Source: Blastocladiella emersonii ATCC 22665
Lineage: Eukaryota > Fungi > Blastocladiomycota
Length of the DNA: 64,000 bases
Assembly: GCA_025594325.1 (NCBI GenBank)
Contig: JANHCV010000002.1
Coordinates: 186,001 to 250,000, forward strand
Direction: 5' to 3'
The position numbers were made by a program, and so were the translations under genes. Numbering within the stretch: the stretch's first letter is position 1; each line of letters opens with the position of its first letter. The notes below the pieces were generated by a model that had not been told where the DNA came from, ran no database searches, and worked only from the letters and a program-made list of their open reading frames with translations. Shown here piece after piece: positions 21,586 to 33,763 of the stretch.

Positions 21586-23380
21586 GTGGGCCGTGGACGA
21601 GGATGTGCCACGCATATTAATACAATTTGACTTCGTGTACGCTGTTGACATTGGACCGGAGGGTCGCGTTCGGCACGAAACGGCTATGACGGGATTCGAA
21701 TGTGAATTTACAGAGCCTGAATATAATCGAGTTCAATGTCGGGAGCTTCACCCTTGAATGCTCGCTTTTCGGCTGGATCCTTGCCCGTTCCTTCACACAA
21801 GCGAGGACGACCTTGGATTGCCCTCCAACGCGCTACCGAAACACGGTCGTGCAGGGTGAGAGTTACCATGGGTAAGTAGCAACCTAGAGGCGACTACCGA
21901 TCATGGGGAGGAGAGGTCTGCCGAAGAGTTGACATGAGCAACGCGGTCACGCGAGGCTGAAACGCGCTTCGGCGTGCAGGGCGCACAGCCACTTTGAAGG
22001 CACTCTCCACACTCCCCGGCCGTTCCGAAAAACCTCGCTACTTCGCATAATAAATACATGAAACAGCATTGGACAATCAAAAACGACGCGTGGGGGTTTC
22101 TTCATTCTTCAACGTTCTTGCACATGTCCGCACGCAGCGACCAAACTAGGCGCAGAGCGCAGAACTACGCTCTGACTTCTGCTGCGCTGCCTGCTACCGG
22201 CAGCCTCTCCGACTTACATTGTCGGCAAAGCCGTGAGCTTCTAGCCTGAGTTACGGCACAGCCAAGTGGCGAACGAGAGCGCGTCGCAAGAACGAGCAGC
22301 CGTTCAGCGACCGTGGCGCGGACCGAGGCCGTTAAGCGACCGTGGAGTGGAGCATGCAGAACCGGCGACACAATCTGAGTCTTCCATTGCTCGGCAATAA
22401 TCATATCATACACTCAACTCGACTCACTCTCGCTCTCGCGACAGCAACAGCAACAGCAACAACAACAGCTTCGGGTACAGGGGGTATTCTCTCGAACGCG
22501 CGACCGCGCGACCGCCCATCGATCTTAAACCTCGGCCTCGCGGGCCGCCGCCGCGCGGTGACGCGAGCGCGACCGCGACGCGTGGCGGTGCGACTCAGCG
22601 TGTCCGTGAGTGTGAGCGTGTCCGTGAGCGTGAGCGTGGCCGTGACCGCCGTGGCCGTGACCGCCGTGGCCGTACAGCCCGTGGGTGCCGCTCCCACCGC
22701 CGCCGTAGCCACGCAGGAAGCCCGGAATAAACGAGCGCATGAACGAGGGCGCGCGGCGCGCGGTGCCCGGGCGGAACCGGCGCGACGGCGTCTTGTACGT
22801 GGTGAGCTGGGCGTCGGCGAACAGCAGCCACGACAGCACCGTCTGCTCGAGGTTGGTGATGATGGCCTTGCGGATCGCCGACTTGATGGCCGGCGCGACC
22901 AGCTTGTACAGCGTGCTGTGCGAGCGAGCGAGCGAGCGTGGGCGAGCATGGGCGGATCAGTTTGGGGAACGCACGAGCGAGCGGGTCAAGACACGAGATG
23001 TTAGAGAGCCGTACTCGTGCTTGGTGTGGTGCAGCGTCACGCGAATGTCGTCGACGTTGACCTGCACGCGCAGCGGGACCACCGTCTGGTTGGCCGCGTG
23101 CCGGTCGTACTCGAACGCCGCGTGGATGTGGATGCCCTCGCCGGCAATCTGGGACGCAGTGGTGCAAGACGCGAGTTAGTCAGCCGCACACTGCAGCAAA
23201 GTCCACGAGCCAGACAACGAACGAACGCACCGAGAGATCGGCCACGCCCCAGTCCTTGAGCTTCGGGAACCCCGTCTTCTTCTTGTAGTAGAAGCTCACG
23301 TCGTGCACGTCGGCCTGGATCTGGTACGCGTTGAGCGCAAACACGTGCCGGAACCGGTCGTCAATCTCGTTGCGCGGGCT
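21311..23380. repeat. Right arm of 2,070-bp inverted duplication (partner 15734-17803)
   Basis: Reverse complement of 15734-17803. Confidence 0.95.
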
Positions 23381-25440
23381 GAGCTGCGCCCGGTTCACCA
23401 TCTCGATCTCGAACAGGTTCGGCAAAAAGTTGGCGCTCGTCAGAATCACGTTGTCGAGAATCAGGTCCATGTCCGCGTCGCGGTGCTCGATGCGCGGCAG
23501 CGCCAGGTACTTGACCTGCGCGATCAGCGCGGGCAGGAACACGACCCGGAAGTCGTTGACCAGGTCGGGCTTGAACGTCATGCGGCCCGACGACTCGTAC
23601 AGCAGCGTGCTGTACAGCTTGGTCACGTCGCGCGCCAGCGCCGTCGTCACCCGGTCGTTGCGCAGCGCCTCGGTGAAGGCGATCGCCTGCTGCAGCGCGT
23701 CGCGCACGTACGGCATCGACGACCACACGCGCCCGCGGTCGAGCAGCACGCCGAGCTTGGCCTCGAAGTCGCCGCCCCCGCCGTGCTCGAGGTCCGTGTA
23801 CCCGGGCTCGCGCATCGCGCGCTCGAGGAACGACCGCGCATCGACGAGGTAGTCGCGCAGGTGCGGGTCGCGGCGCATCTCGAGCGTGAACCGGTAAACG
23901 GACTCGAGGAACGGCGTGAGCGAGGTGCCCGCCATGGCCTCGAGCAGCCGCTTCATCTCGATCGCCGTCGAGTACACGTTGGCGTCGACGTGGCGCGGCG
24001 CGTGCGCGGCGCCCGGCGTGTGCGCGAGGACCCGCATCGACGAGAAGAGGTAGTCCAGCGAGCCCTGGTACGCCGGGTTGGCCGCCAGCTCGGCCAGCAC
24101 CGCGCGCAGCCGCTTCGTCAGCCGGCGACGCGCCGCCTCGGGCACGTACGACCGCACCGCCGACACGATGCGCGTGGCGCGCTCGGGCATGGCGCGCTCG
24201 AGGACCGCCGTCGCGTGCTCGATGCCGCCGCCGCCCGTGGTGCCGAGCGTGGTGGCCGACGCCATGGCCGACTTGCGCTGGTACATGCCCGCCGACGCCG
24301 CGGTGGCGGTGGTGTAGCGCTTGGTCTCGGCGGCCGTCTCGAACTCGGACGTCTCGTACTCGCCCTCGGTCTCGGTGATGTCGCCGAGGTACACCTTGCG
24401 CTCGGGCGGGATGGTGCGGGTGAGGATCGGCTCGCCGTAGTCCCACGACGCGCGGCGCGACGTGGTGGCGGTCGTGGTGTGCAGGATCGGCGATTCCTCG
24501 TAGTAGGCCGAGTCGAACTGGGCGCGGCGGCCCGTCGTCGACGCGCGCGACGCAAACGACACGTCGGGGTCGAGGACCGAGGTCGCGCGGCGGTCGTAGT
24601 AGCTCGTGTCGGCCTCCTCGCCCAGGATCCCCGAGTCGTCGGCATAGGTGCCGGTGCGGTCGCGGTCGCGGTCGCGGTACGTGTCCGTGGGCTCGGGCGG
24701 GAGCGGGCGCGACTTGTATGCCGACGACGAGGACGGGCCCCCGTCGCCGCCACCCACGTCGCCGCCGACCCCGAGGCGCTCCTTGACCGTGTGCGAGAAG
24801 GCCTCGCCGTAGATGGAGCGGACAATCTACGGTGGCGTTCAGGGAGCGTGTGGTGATCAGTGGCCGGATCAAAGAGGGTCCGAGACACGCGGGCGTGTGA
24901 GACGTACGTCGGTCAGCTCGGCGAGGAGCAGGCGGAACTGCTGGCTCGTGAGGAGCAGGCGCACGAGCGTGTTGATCTCGGAGGCGCCGCGGTACGCCTC
25001 GGGCGGGAGGCCGCCGACTAGACGACATGGGTGCGAGACACGAGCAGTGAGTGGTCAAGCGTTGGGGTCGCGATTCGCGCGGCAACGGCGAGACACGAAC
25101 GGCCGAGGTCGGACGGGATGTGGGTAGCGCGCGCGGCGAGGGCGGCGTGGAACACGAGCTTCTGCAGGATCTCGTCCTGGTTCTTCTCGGCGAGGAACTG
25201 GGCGAGGGTGATGAGCAGCGAGTCGACGTCGGACACGAGCTCGCGGCCGTCGGCGCTGAGGCGGTAGCGGTGCGAGGTGCCGAGAATGTCGTCGAGCGCG
25301 GCGCGCAGGCTCTCGAGCACGCCCGTCAGGTGCGCGTTGCTCGGGAGCTGGCCCGCCTGGATCTCGGCCAGCGCGTCGAGCAGGCCGAGCGGGCGGCCCG
25401 CAACCGCCTCCTTGACCTCCTGCGGCGTCACGTCGGTCAT
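22525..25440 (-). CDS. HAM1-like fungal protein (DUF5923/DUF4449-type), ~856 aa, 5 exons: 25440-25101, 25017-24908, 24826-23231, 23148-23015, 22915-22525
   Basis: Motifs GQLPSNAHL, LLLTSQQFRLLL, LPRIEHRD..DLILDNVIL...LPN, DVSFYYKKKTGFPKLKDWGVAD and IAGEG. Four canonical introns restore a single frame (2571 nt). His/Gly-rich C-terminal tail. Confidence 0.8.
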
Positions 25441-26474
25441 GGCGCCGACGCCCGGCCGCGCGCGCACCTCCTCGTGGACGGGCCGAACTCCTCCCTACGC
25501 GCGTGTGCGTCGGCGGTGAGTCCTCGGCGCCGTGCGGGTGCTGCGACAGGGCGGAAGTGCGTACAAAGAGCGGCATCGTGGCGTGATGGTGATGATGTGC
25601 CGGATGATCAGCGCGTGCTGTGTGGACGGCGGTGGCCGATGGTGGTCGCGATGGTCGGGTCGTGTCTCGCTCGGGTCGGGACGGTGCACTCGGCGGCGTC
25701 GTTCAGTCGGCGCGGTCAACTGGGCAAGAGCGGGAGCGAGGGCGAGGGGGGGGGCCGCGGGGCACCGCCCGCTGGAAATGGAAGGCGGGCGGCGGCCGTC
25801 TTGCGCTCATCGTGCGGGGCCGCCGCTGTCACTCCATCGGCGACTCCCCAGCTGCGTTGCATCGAGTGATGAGCCTCAGACACGGGTGCGCTGCCGGGCC
25901 GGCCAGGGTGGGGCTGATCGCTCGCACGGCCACGCCGCCGCGAACACGCGGGCTGGTCGCGCGTCTCAGGCATCACGTGCACCTGGCCTGATTTCCTGAC
26001 GCGTCGAGTCCCGTGTGTGGCGCCGCCGCCCGTGATCGCGCTTTACGAGTTGCTGCCGTTGCCCCCCTCAGGAGTATCACATACTCGCTGCAACCCTCTC
26101 CCAATCGTATTGCACTGCCAGCCCATGTATCACCATGATCGAGCGATGCGTCCCACCGGTCTGGGCCTCGCTCGCCCGCAACGCCCCTTTGCTGCTCGGC
26201 CGTGGTTCTCGCCTCCCCTGAAGGGCTGCCGGCCGCCGTGTATCCCGCTGCTCCAACCTTGCCCTCAGTGCTCGACCACCCTCCTCACCGACATCGCCCT
26301 CGCCCACATCTGATCGCCGCCGCGGAACGAGTCTGCGATACCCTGCAACACTCCGCCCTTTCACCCCCTGCAACCCACCAAGGGGTCCGGCCTCAGGCCT
26401 TCCTTTGATACTACGCCACCGCCACCTCCGCCGCCCCGGCGACTGCGCCACCACCACCACCACGACCCGCGGCC

Positions 26475-27627
26475 ATGTCGACCGCGCCGGGCCATCCTCG
26501 GCCTGCGTCCGGCGCTCGACCATCGGCTCGCCGTCCATCGGCACCGACTACCGCAGCCCGCGGCCGCCTGCCCGCGGACCTGCCGCACCCGAGCGATGCA
26601 CCGAAACTGCCCGTCGCCAAGGGCGCCGTGCCGGCCAACCCGCCCGCTGTCCCCGCTGCCGGCGTGACCGCGTCCGCGGCCTCGGCACCAACTACCAGCG
26701 CGGCTGGCGGCCCACCTCCGGCCGGAGGAGGCTCGCCGCGTCGACCCACCGTCGTGACGCTGCAGCCGACGGCCCAGGCCATCCGGCCCCCCGAGAACCG
26801 CATCATCGACGAACGGATATGGTGCGCCGCCGTCCACCGCTCGCTCACTCGCTCCGTGCCGCTCCCTCACTCACTCGCCCGTTCCCTCGCGTAGGGCAGA
26901 TCGAGTCGAGCGCGAGCTGCGCGCCCAGCGCGACTACGAGCAGCAGTGGGGGTTCATGCTGCCGCTGCAAAAGGACCGCGTCACGGAGCTGCGCGACCGC
27001 AAGGCCAAGGAGGTACGACGCCCGTGCCGCCGCCGCGGTCCATGCCGATTCGACTCAACTGTGTCCCTCGTCGCCGTGTAGGGTCTCGCCTCGTCGCCGT
27101 TCAACGTCCACTCGATCATGCACCCACCGACCTCGACGCGCGTCAAGCCGCTCGCCGCCAACGGCGGCACCGCGGGCGCTGCTGCACCACCCAAGCCGCT
27201 CAACCAGCACATTGACCTGCGCCTGCACCGGTACCAGTCCGTGTACAAGTCGGCCTTCACGCCGACCGTGTTCGCCGACGCGCGCGCCGACACGGGCCGC
27301 AAGCCGCCGCCACCCGCGGAGACCGGCTCCGGTACCGGGACCGCCGCGGCTGCGACGTTGCCGAACCGGTACGCGGCGCTGCCCAACAAGAAGGACGCGG
27401 CGCGCGTGCTGCGGCAGTTCCAGGGCGACTGGAACCCGACGCCCGTGTCGTCGACGGCCTTCCCGACCACCAGCAACTGCGAGTACGGGTGGAAGTGGCG
27501 CGGGTGCAACCCGCTCGAGCGGTTCGGGTCCACGTCCGCCGACCTCCGCCGCAGCCACGCCATCGCCGGCGGCCGCGGCAGCAACGGGATCCAGCCCACG
27601 ATCCCGCGCGACTCGCGCCGAACGTGA
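26475..27627 (+). CDS. Putative ciliary microtubule inner protein (CIMIP1/C20orf85-like motifs), 336 aa, join(26475..26821,26895..27012,27082..27627)
   Basis: Introns of 73 and 69 nt restore the frame. Motifs DERIWADRVERELRAQRDYEQQWGFM and PTTSNCEYGW...LERFG. The family call is by recall. Confidence 0.6.
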
Positions 27628-27890
27628 TGCGGGCTACGAGGTCGTGATCATATAAAACTATTCTAGTGCAACTGGCTGGACGGTGAGAGGGGGAGAGAGT
27701 GAGCAGGTCGATGGCAAAGGGCAGGGATCATGGCGCGGGTGAACTGGTCAGCGACGCGTCACCTTCGCGCTCGCGCCCCCTCGTCGTGATCCCTCGGCGG
27801 CCCCGCGAGACACTTTTCGAGTCGAACAAGCGTCCCGGCAGGTCGCACGGAGACTTGTCACTATCGCACACTTGATGAATCGCTCATAGA

Positions 27891-29000
27891 ATGGCCTCTC
27901 GCACACTGACGCGCCTCGCCAAAGCCGCGCCTGCCCTCCGACTTCTCTCGCGCTCCCCACCTTGCACCACTCTCGCAACGTATAACACGCAACTTGCTCA
28001 GCTGCACTTGCTGCAAACCCCCTGCACGACTCGCCCGCTCCCGCCCCCGTCTCCAACAACCATGACGCTCGGCTCGACCGAGGCCCTGCACCCGACGGTG
28101 GTCGCCGTCCCGCCGACCGCGATCCACGCGACGGCCGTCGAGCACCCGGCCGTGACGCTGCCGTCCAAGTTCCTGCCCGAGCGGCCGGCTAAACCGACGG
28201 CCTTCTTCTACTTTGACCTCGACGGCACCGTGTACTCGCACGGGCGCGGCGTGCTCGACGAGATGCGCGACCTCATCCAGGCGTACTTTGCGCAGCACCT
28301 CAGCCTGACGCGCGACGAGGCCGTCAAGCTGCAGAAACAGTACTACCTCCAGTACGGGCTCTCGATCCGCGGGCTGCTCAAGAACCACCACGTGGATCCC
28401 GTCGACTACGAGTACGCATGCTCCTCGCGGTTCGCAGCACACGGATCAACCATGACTGACGCCTCTATCCCGCCCGCGCTACGTAGCCAGAAGGTAGACC
28501 AGGCCGTGAACCTGCCCAAGTACGTGCAGTCGGACCCGGAGATGCGCGCGATGCTGCAGCGGCTGCGGCCCGATATCGTGCGGTGGGCCTTCACCAACGC
28601 CGGCATCCAGCACGCGCGCCGGGTCCTCGACCTCGTCGGGATCAGCGACATGTTCCACGGCATGGTACGCTGTTTCGCCCCGCTACACCCCCTCGCACAC
28701 GACCACTGACCCCCGCTCGCCCACCGGATCGCGTAGACGTACTGCGACTACACGCGGCCCAACTTCTCGTGCAAGCCCGAGCCCGAGTTCTACGAGCAGG
28801 CGTTGCAAGAGTCCGAGTACGCGCGCGCGGGCATCCCCGTCTACTTTGCCGACGACAACCTGCCCAATCTGACGGCGGCCAAGAAGCGCGGGTGGGTCAC
28901 GATCTGGATCGACCTCGAGCGCCGGTCGCACGCGGACGCGGACTTTACGATCGCCGACCTCAAGGAGCTCCCGTCGATCCTTCCGCACCTCTTCGTCTAG
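27891..29000 (+). CDS. SDT1: HAD-superfamily pyrimidine 5'-nucleotidase (SDT1/PHM8-like), join(27891..28411,28487..28664,28737..29000)
   Basis: HAD motif I FYFDLDGTVY; YYLQYGLSIRGL; FTNA; TYCDY; CKPEPEFY; FADDN. Introns of 75 and 72 nt. Alternative start at 28062. Confidence 0.85.
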
Positions 29001-30254
29001 ACCCAGCACGAGGGTCTTGTTTGCGCTGTTAGATATCTGCCGTCATTGCTCAACTGTCCTCATTTGCACATACAAATCTGACTTGCTCAAATGCCGGCCT
29101 CGGTCGCGCGGGCCCGCGTGGGCACCGCCAGGGACACAATGTGGCGCAGCCGACTCGCGAGAGACATCCCCCGCGAGACATCACGTGTGACTCGGTCCCG
29201 TCCCAAGTGCTTGGACAGCGCGCGACGGAGCGGAGCTTTGCTCGGTGGCCGTTTCAGCGTCGAACCGGCCCGACTATTTCAGAATGCGGTCGCGTGCGGA
29301 TTTTCGCCAGCCACGACGGGCGCCGCCTCAGGTCGCCGCCGCCGCCACCGCCTCCTCCGCCCCCGCAACGAGCGCGACGCGTCGATCCACGACGACGACC
29401 CATGCGGACGCGACGACGGCGGCGATGCAACACCAGTGCGGCGTCGTCGGCCACCGTGGACATCCCGAAGGCAGCGCGGTGGTTGTGGCGAAGCTGCCGT
29501 GACGTCGCCATCGCTGCTGCGGCCCACCGGGTCCTCGTTAGGGAAAGTAATTCATCAGTCCCGCTGATCCGTTTCATCAGGGATGGGCACGCATGGGCCA
29601 CACGGCAAACGAGCGTGGCGAGTCGGAGCTTCCCTCCTGCACGCACAACTCGCGTGCACGCTTTGCGGCGCGCGATCCTGCCGTCGATAGCGCCGCCCAC
29701 ACCTCCTGCTGCTGAGCCACCCACGCCTTGACGCTGCGTGAATGGTCAGGCCATGATGAGGATCAGCGGCTCAGGACGTTGTTCTCGGGTTGGACACGGC
29801 GACGACGGCCGCGATAGCGCGCGCGACGCGCCACCATGGCGACTCACGCCCCAACGACTCACGGCGCGGCCGCGTCGCCGACGACGACGAAGCGGACGCG
29901 GGCGGATGAACGGAGGCCAGGTCCCGCAACATCGCCCGGGAAGAAATGCTTGCCCAATCGCCGCCCAGGACCACGGACGCTGCATAATTTTAGCGCGGGG
30001 GCGGCGGCGCTGTGGCACCTCCTCACGTTTGAGGCAGCCCCCTGGACGGCACGATCTCGCCTGGGCGTCGGCCACACACGCTGCACTGTGGTCGGACGGA
30101 CCGTTGTGCTCGGCGCTCCGGCCAGAGTACAAAAGCCGTCGTCGGGCCTCGCCCTCCCTCTCGCTCCCGCATCCTCCGACCCGCTCGCTTTGATCGTCTG
30201 CCACGCCTCATCTCGTCGCCGATCACCGAGCTTCCTCTCTCCCTCACTACTGCA

Positions 30255-31751
30255 ATGACACAAGAATTTACCCTCGACTCCAAGGCCGTCGAGTCCGGCG
30301 AGCGCGCGCCGCAGACGTGGACCGACGCCGAGGAGGCCGCCGCCGTGCGCAAGGTCGACTGGCGCATCCTGCCGTTCCTCGCCATCATCTACCTTATGTC
30401 GTTCCTCGACCGCGCCAACATTGCCAACGCGCGCGTCGCCAACAAGGGTACGCGCTCCGACACTCGCGAGCCGCGCCGTCGTGTGGCGCCGCCGTGTGGC
30501 TCAGCGCGACGGTGGCGCTGATCTCGCTCACCATGGTCACCTCACTGATGATTCGTTGCCCGTGGTCTAGACTCGAAGCACGACATGGGCACCGAGCTCG
30601 GCCTCACCGACAGCCAGGCGCAGCTGGCCGTGTCGGCCTTCTTTTGGCTCTACGTCGCGCTCGAGGTCCCGTCCAACCTCATGCTCAAGCGCGCGACGCC
30701 GCGCGTCTGGATCTCCCGCATCATGATCACCTGGGGCGCCTGCACCATGGCCCTCGGCGCCGCCAACAGCCCGCTCGCCCTGATCCTGCTCCGTCTCGCG
30801 CTCGGCGCCGCCGAGGCCGGTCTGTTCCCGTCGGCCATCTTCTACCTCACCTTCTGGTACCGCCCCATCGAGCTGTCGTGGCGCATTGCGCTGTTCTACT
30901 GCACGGCCACGCTGTCCGGGTTCGTGGGCGCCATCGTCGCGTACCTGATCACCATGATGAACGGGTTCCTCGGTCTCGCCGGCTGGCGGTGGATCTTCAT
31001 CCTCGAGGGTCTCCCGACGGTCCTGCTCGGCATCTTCTGCCTGTGGTACCTCCCCTCGTACCCCGAGACGTCCGAGTTCCTGTCGGATAAGGAGCGCGAG
31101 ATCATCGTCAACCGCCTCAAGGGCTACTCGGTCAACAAGCACGACGAGGAGAACTTCAACCTCAAGTCCTTCATCGCCACCGTCACCGACATCCGCGTGC
31201 TCAGCTTCTGCGTCGCCTACGTCCTGATGGTCATCCCGCTGTACTCGTTCACGTTCTGCTTCCCCACGATCCTGTCGCTGCTCGGGTACAAGGACCTCAA
31301 CGCGCAGGTCATGAACGCGCCGCTGTACTTCTGCGCGTTCCTCGGCGTCCTCGCGAGCGCGTGGTACTCGGACAAGATGCGCGACCGCTCCATCTTCGCG
31401 CTGGGCGCGCTGGCCGTCTCGTTCGTCGGCTACATCGGGCTCACGCTGTTCACGGACCCGCTGCTCCGCTACTTCTCGGGCTTCCTGTGCGTGTGGACGT
31501 ACGTGGCCGTCGGTCCGTTCCTGACGTGGCTCGCCAACACCAACGTCGGCAGCACGCGCGCCGCGGCCGCGACGGCCATGGTCATCGGGTGCGGCAACAT
31601 TGGCGGCATCATCGCGCCGTACCTGTACCCGATCGCCGACAAGCCCCTGTTCCGGTCGGGCAACATCATCTCGCTCGTGTGCCTCGCCCTCTCGATCGCC
31701 ATCATGTTCGCGATGCGCGTCTCGTTCCGCCGCGAGGGCAAGCAGATCTAG
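30255..31751 (+). CDS. MFS transporter, anion:cation symporter (Dal5/Tna1-like) family, 457 aa, join(30255..30447,30571..31751)
   Basis: KVDWRILPFLAIIYLMSFLDRANIANA, EVPSNLML, LGAAEAGLFP, LAGWRWIFILEGLPT and multiple TM helices. 123-nt intron GTACGC...TCTAG. Confidence 0.92.
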
Positions 31752-32259
31752 ATCGGTGTGGGTTCTGGGATGGTTGTGTTGACTCTTTCTTATACTCTAT
31801 GATACACGCCTGATGGCACCGTTTTGGTAACTCGCTATGGTAACCCGCGTCAGGCTGGACTAGGAACGGCATCGCCCCATGGTCATGGTCCTGGCCATGG
31901 TCGCGCTTCCCGTCCGCGCTTCAACTCAGATCCAAAGCTCACTCGCTGCCAGAATCAAACCTTTTGCTTGCGCGCTCAAGGTCACGCTAACTGCGCTTCA
32001 ACGTCAACTTAATCGTCCGCCCGGACGCGTGGTAACTTGTTGCCTAGTCGTCCGAGACGCGAGACGCGTCGCGTCCGACCCTTGCAGCACGCGCCGCGCC
32101 ACACCGTCGACGAGGTTGGCGAGCACGCCTCGTTGGGCTTTTCCCTCTCGCTCCTCATGTCGCTTAGTCGCACGGCGGAGCGGACGAGTAACTTCAACTT
32201 GAACCACAAAACATGTATTCGCAAACTAAGCCACAGATCGGCGTGTTGTGGCGACACGC

Positions 32260-32991
32260 TCACGAGTAATCCTCGTCGCCCCATGTATGCCACGCCTCGG
32301 CGTTGTACGTAGGCCACACGGTGCCCGCGAGCGGCTGGCCCGACCAGCTCGACCACGCGCGAGCGCCAGGTGCAACCATGGCCGGCGGCGCGCCGCAGTG
32401 CAAGCACAGCGGCGGGCCGTACATGCCCGGCGGCGATGCCGTGGCCTCGCGGTCGGCGGCAGCAGCTCCACGCGCGCCGCCCTGCCAGTTGGCCCCGCCG
32501 TAGATGTACGGCGGCTCGTACTCCTACCAGGCATCAACGGTCCCCGTCGGCTAGTCGTCGCCGTACAGGTACCCGCCGCGAGCGCCGGGAGCGCCGCGCG
32601 ACCAGCCGCCCGCGCCGCCGCCGTAGACATACGAGGGGACCGACTCTTGCCAGGAATCGTGCAGTTCCGGCGGGTACGGGTTGCTGAGGTCGCCCATGAA
32701 GATCGGACCGATACCGGGACCACGTGCGCCGACCGTCATGCTCGGGTGAGGGGCGGGACCGAACCAGGGAGGCGAACTGCGACTCGCCGCGACCGGCCAG
32801 ACCGGCGGCGCGCCGCGAGCACCGCCGTACGACCGGTACGGGGGCAGGACCCAGCCGCGGGGAGTGGCGCGGTGCCAGCCCGGCGGCGAGCCAGTTGGTG
32901 GATGCGTGGCCGGTGCGGCGGGCGTCTGCTTGCCGGTGCCGGTGGCAGGGGCCGGGTCGGCGGGTGGAGTGCTGGACGCCACGATGGTCAT
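32260..32991 (-). pseudogene. G/P/W/Y-rich small gene: 146-aa ORF whose frame continues to 32260 through two in-frame TAG codons
   Basis: TAGs at 32551-32553 and 32524-32526. The downstream frame repeats the upstream motif (DSWQESVPSYVYGG vs DAW*EYEPPYIYGG). TATAAAA lies upstream. Confidence 0.45.
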
Positions 32992-33073
32992 GGTGATGGT
33001 GCGTGTTGTTGGTTCGTAGCAGTCACAGGTCGTTTGAGGAGCGGAGAGAGAGTCGAGCGCCGGGCCCCGCCGG

Positions 33074-33080
33074 TTTTATA
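33074..33080 (-). promoter_or_regulatory. Candidate TATA box (TATAAAA) ~80 nt upstream of the 32991 ATG
   Basis: TATAAAA on the minus strand in an otherwise GC-rich context. Confidence 0.5.
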
Positions 33081-33763
33081 GCCCGCGTCGAGGGATGGCC
33101 GACCCGTTTCGTCAGCCTCGAGCGCAACGCGCGAAAACGGTGAGCGAGGTCGGGTGCCCGAGCTTCCGTCCCGTTTTAGGAGTTTGCGAAAACATCCAGG
33201 TTTCGCTTCGTTCTCACTCGCGGCAAACCCCACTACCGAAAAATCCGGCGAGGAACGTGTCCTGTCGTGAGGCGAACAGCCGCTGTTAATCCTCAAAGTT
33301 GTTCGCAACGCGACGCAGAAGTCTGGATACTCATACTTGTACGAGAACCTGCTTTCCTGAGGCTTTTGCAGGAGGTTACAGCCGTTCAAGGACGGAAGCG
33401 ACGCACCAGCAGCCGGCAGCGGGCGGCGGAGAGGGGCGCGCTGCGCCACTCACGTGCCGCTGAGACCCGTTCAAATCGCATTTCAGCGCGCCTCAGCGCG
33501 CCGCAACCAACGTATGGGCAGGTTGGCGCGTGGAAGAGTTGGAGCATGTTCGACTGAAGCGAGGCACAATAGGGCACTCCTTGCTTGAAGGAACTTATCC
33601 AACCAGTCCTCGTCGTAGCCGCGTGGCTACCGATCACGCTCGCCCATCATTATCACCACTGTCCCAGAAGCTATGCAAATCATCCAGGCATTTCCACGTG
33701 TATTGCGTGTGCGACTTGCAATAGCAACCACGAGAGCCCGCTGCAGGAGCCATCCGAGCTGAC

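Noticed and set aside
15734-23380. 2-kb inverted repeats as terminal inverted repeats of a transposon or Polinton/virophage
   Set aside because: The arms are ordinary host gene ends with introns. No transposase, integrase, polymerase or capsid motif and no target-site duplication was seen.
31700-31751. Apparently short C-terminus of the MFS transporter, suggesting truncation
   Set aside because: The TM helices appear complete and no further exon was found. Tail length varies in this family.
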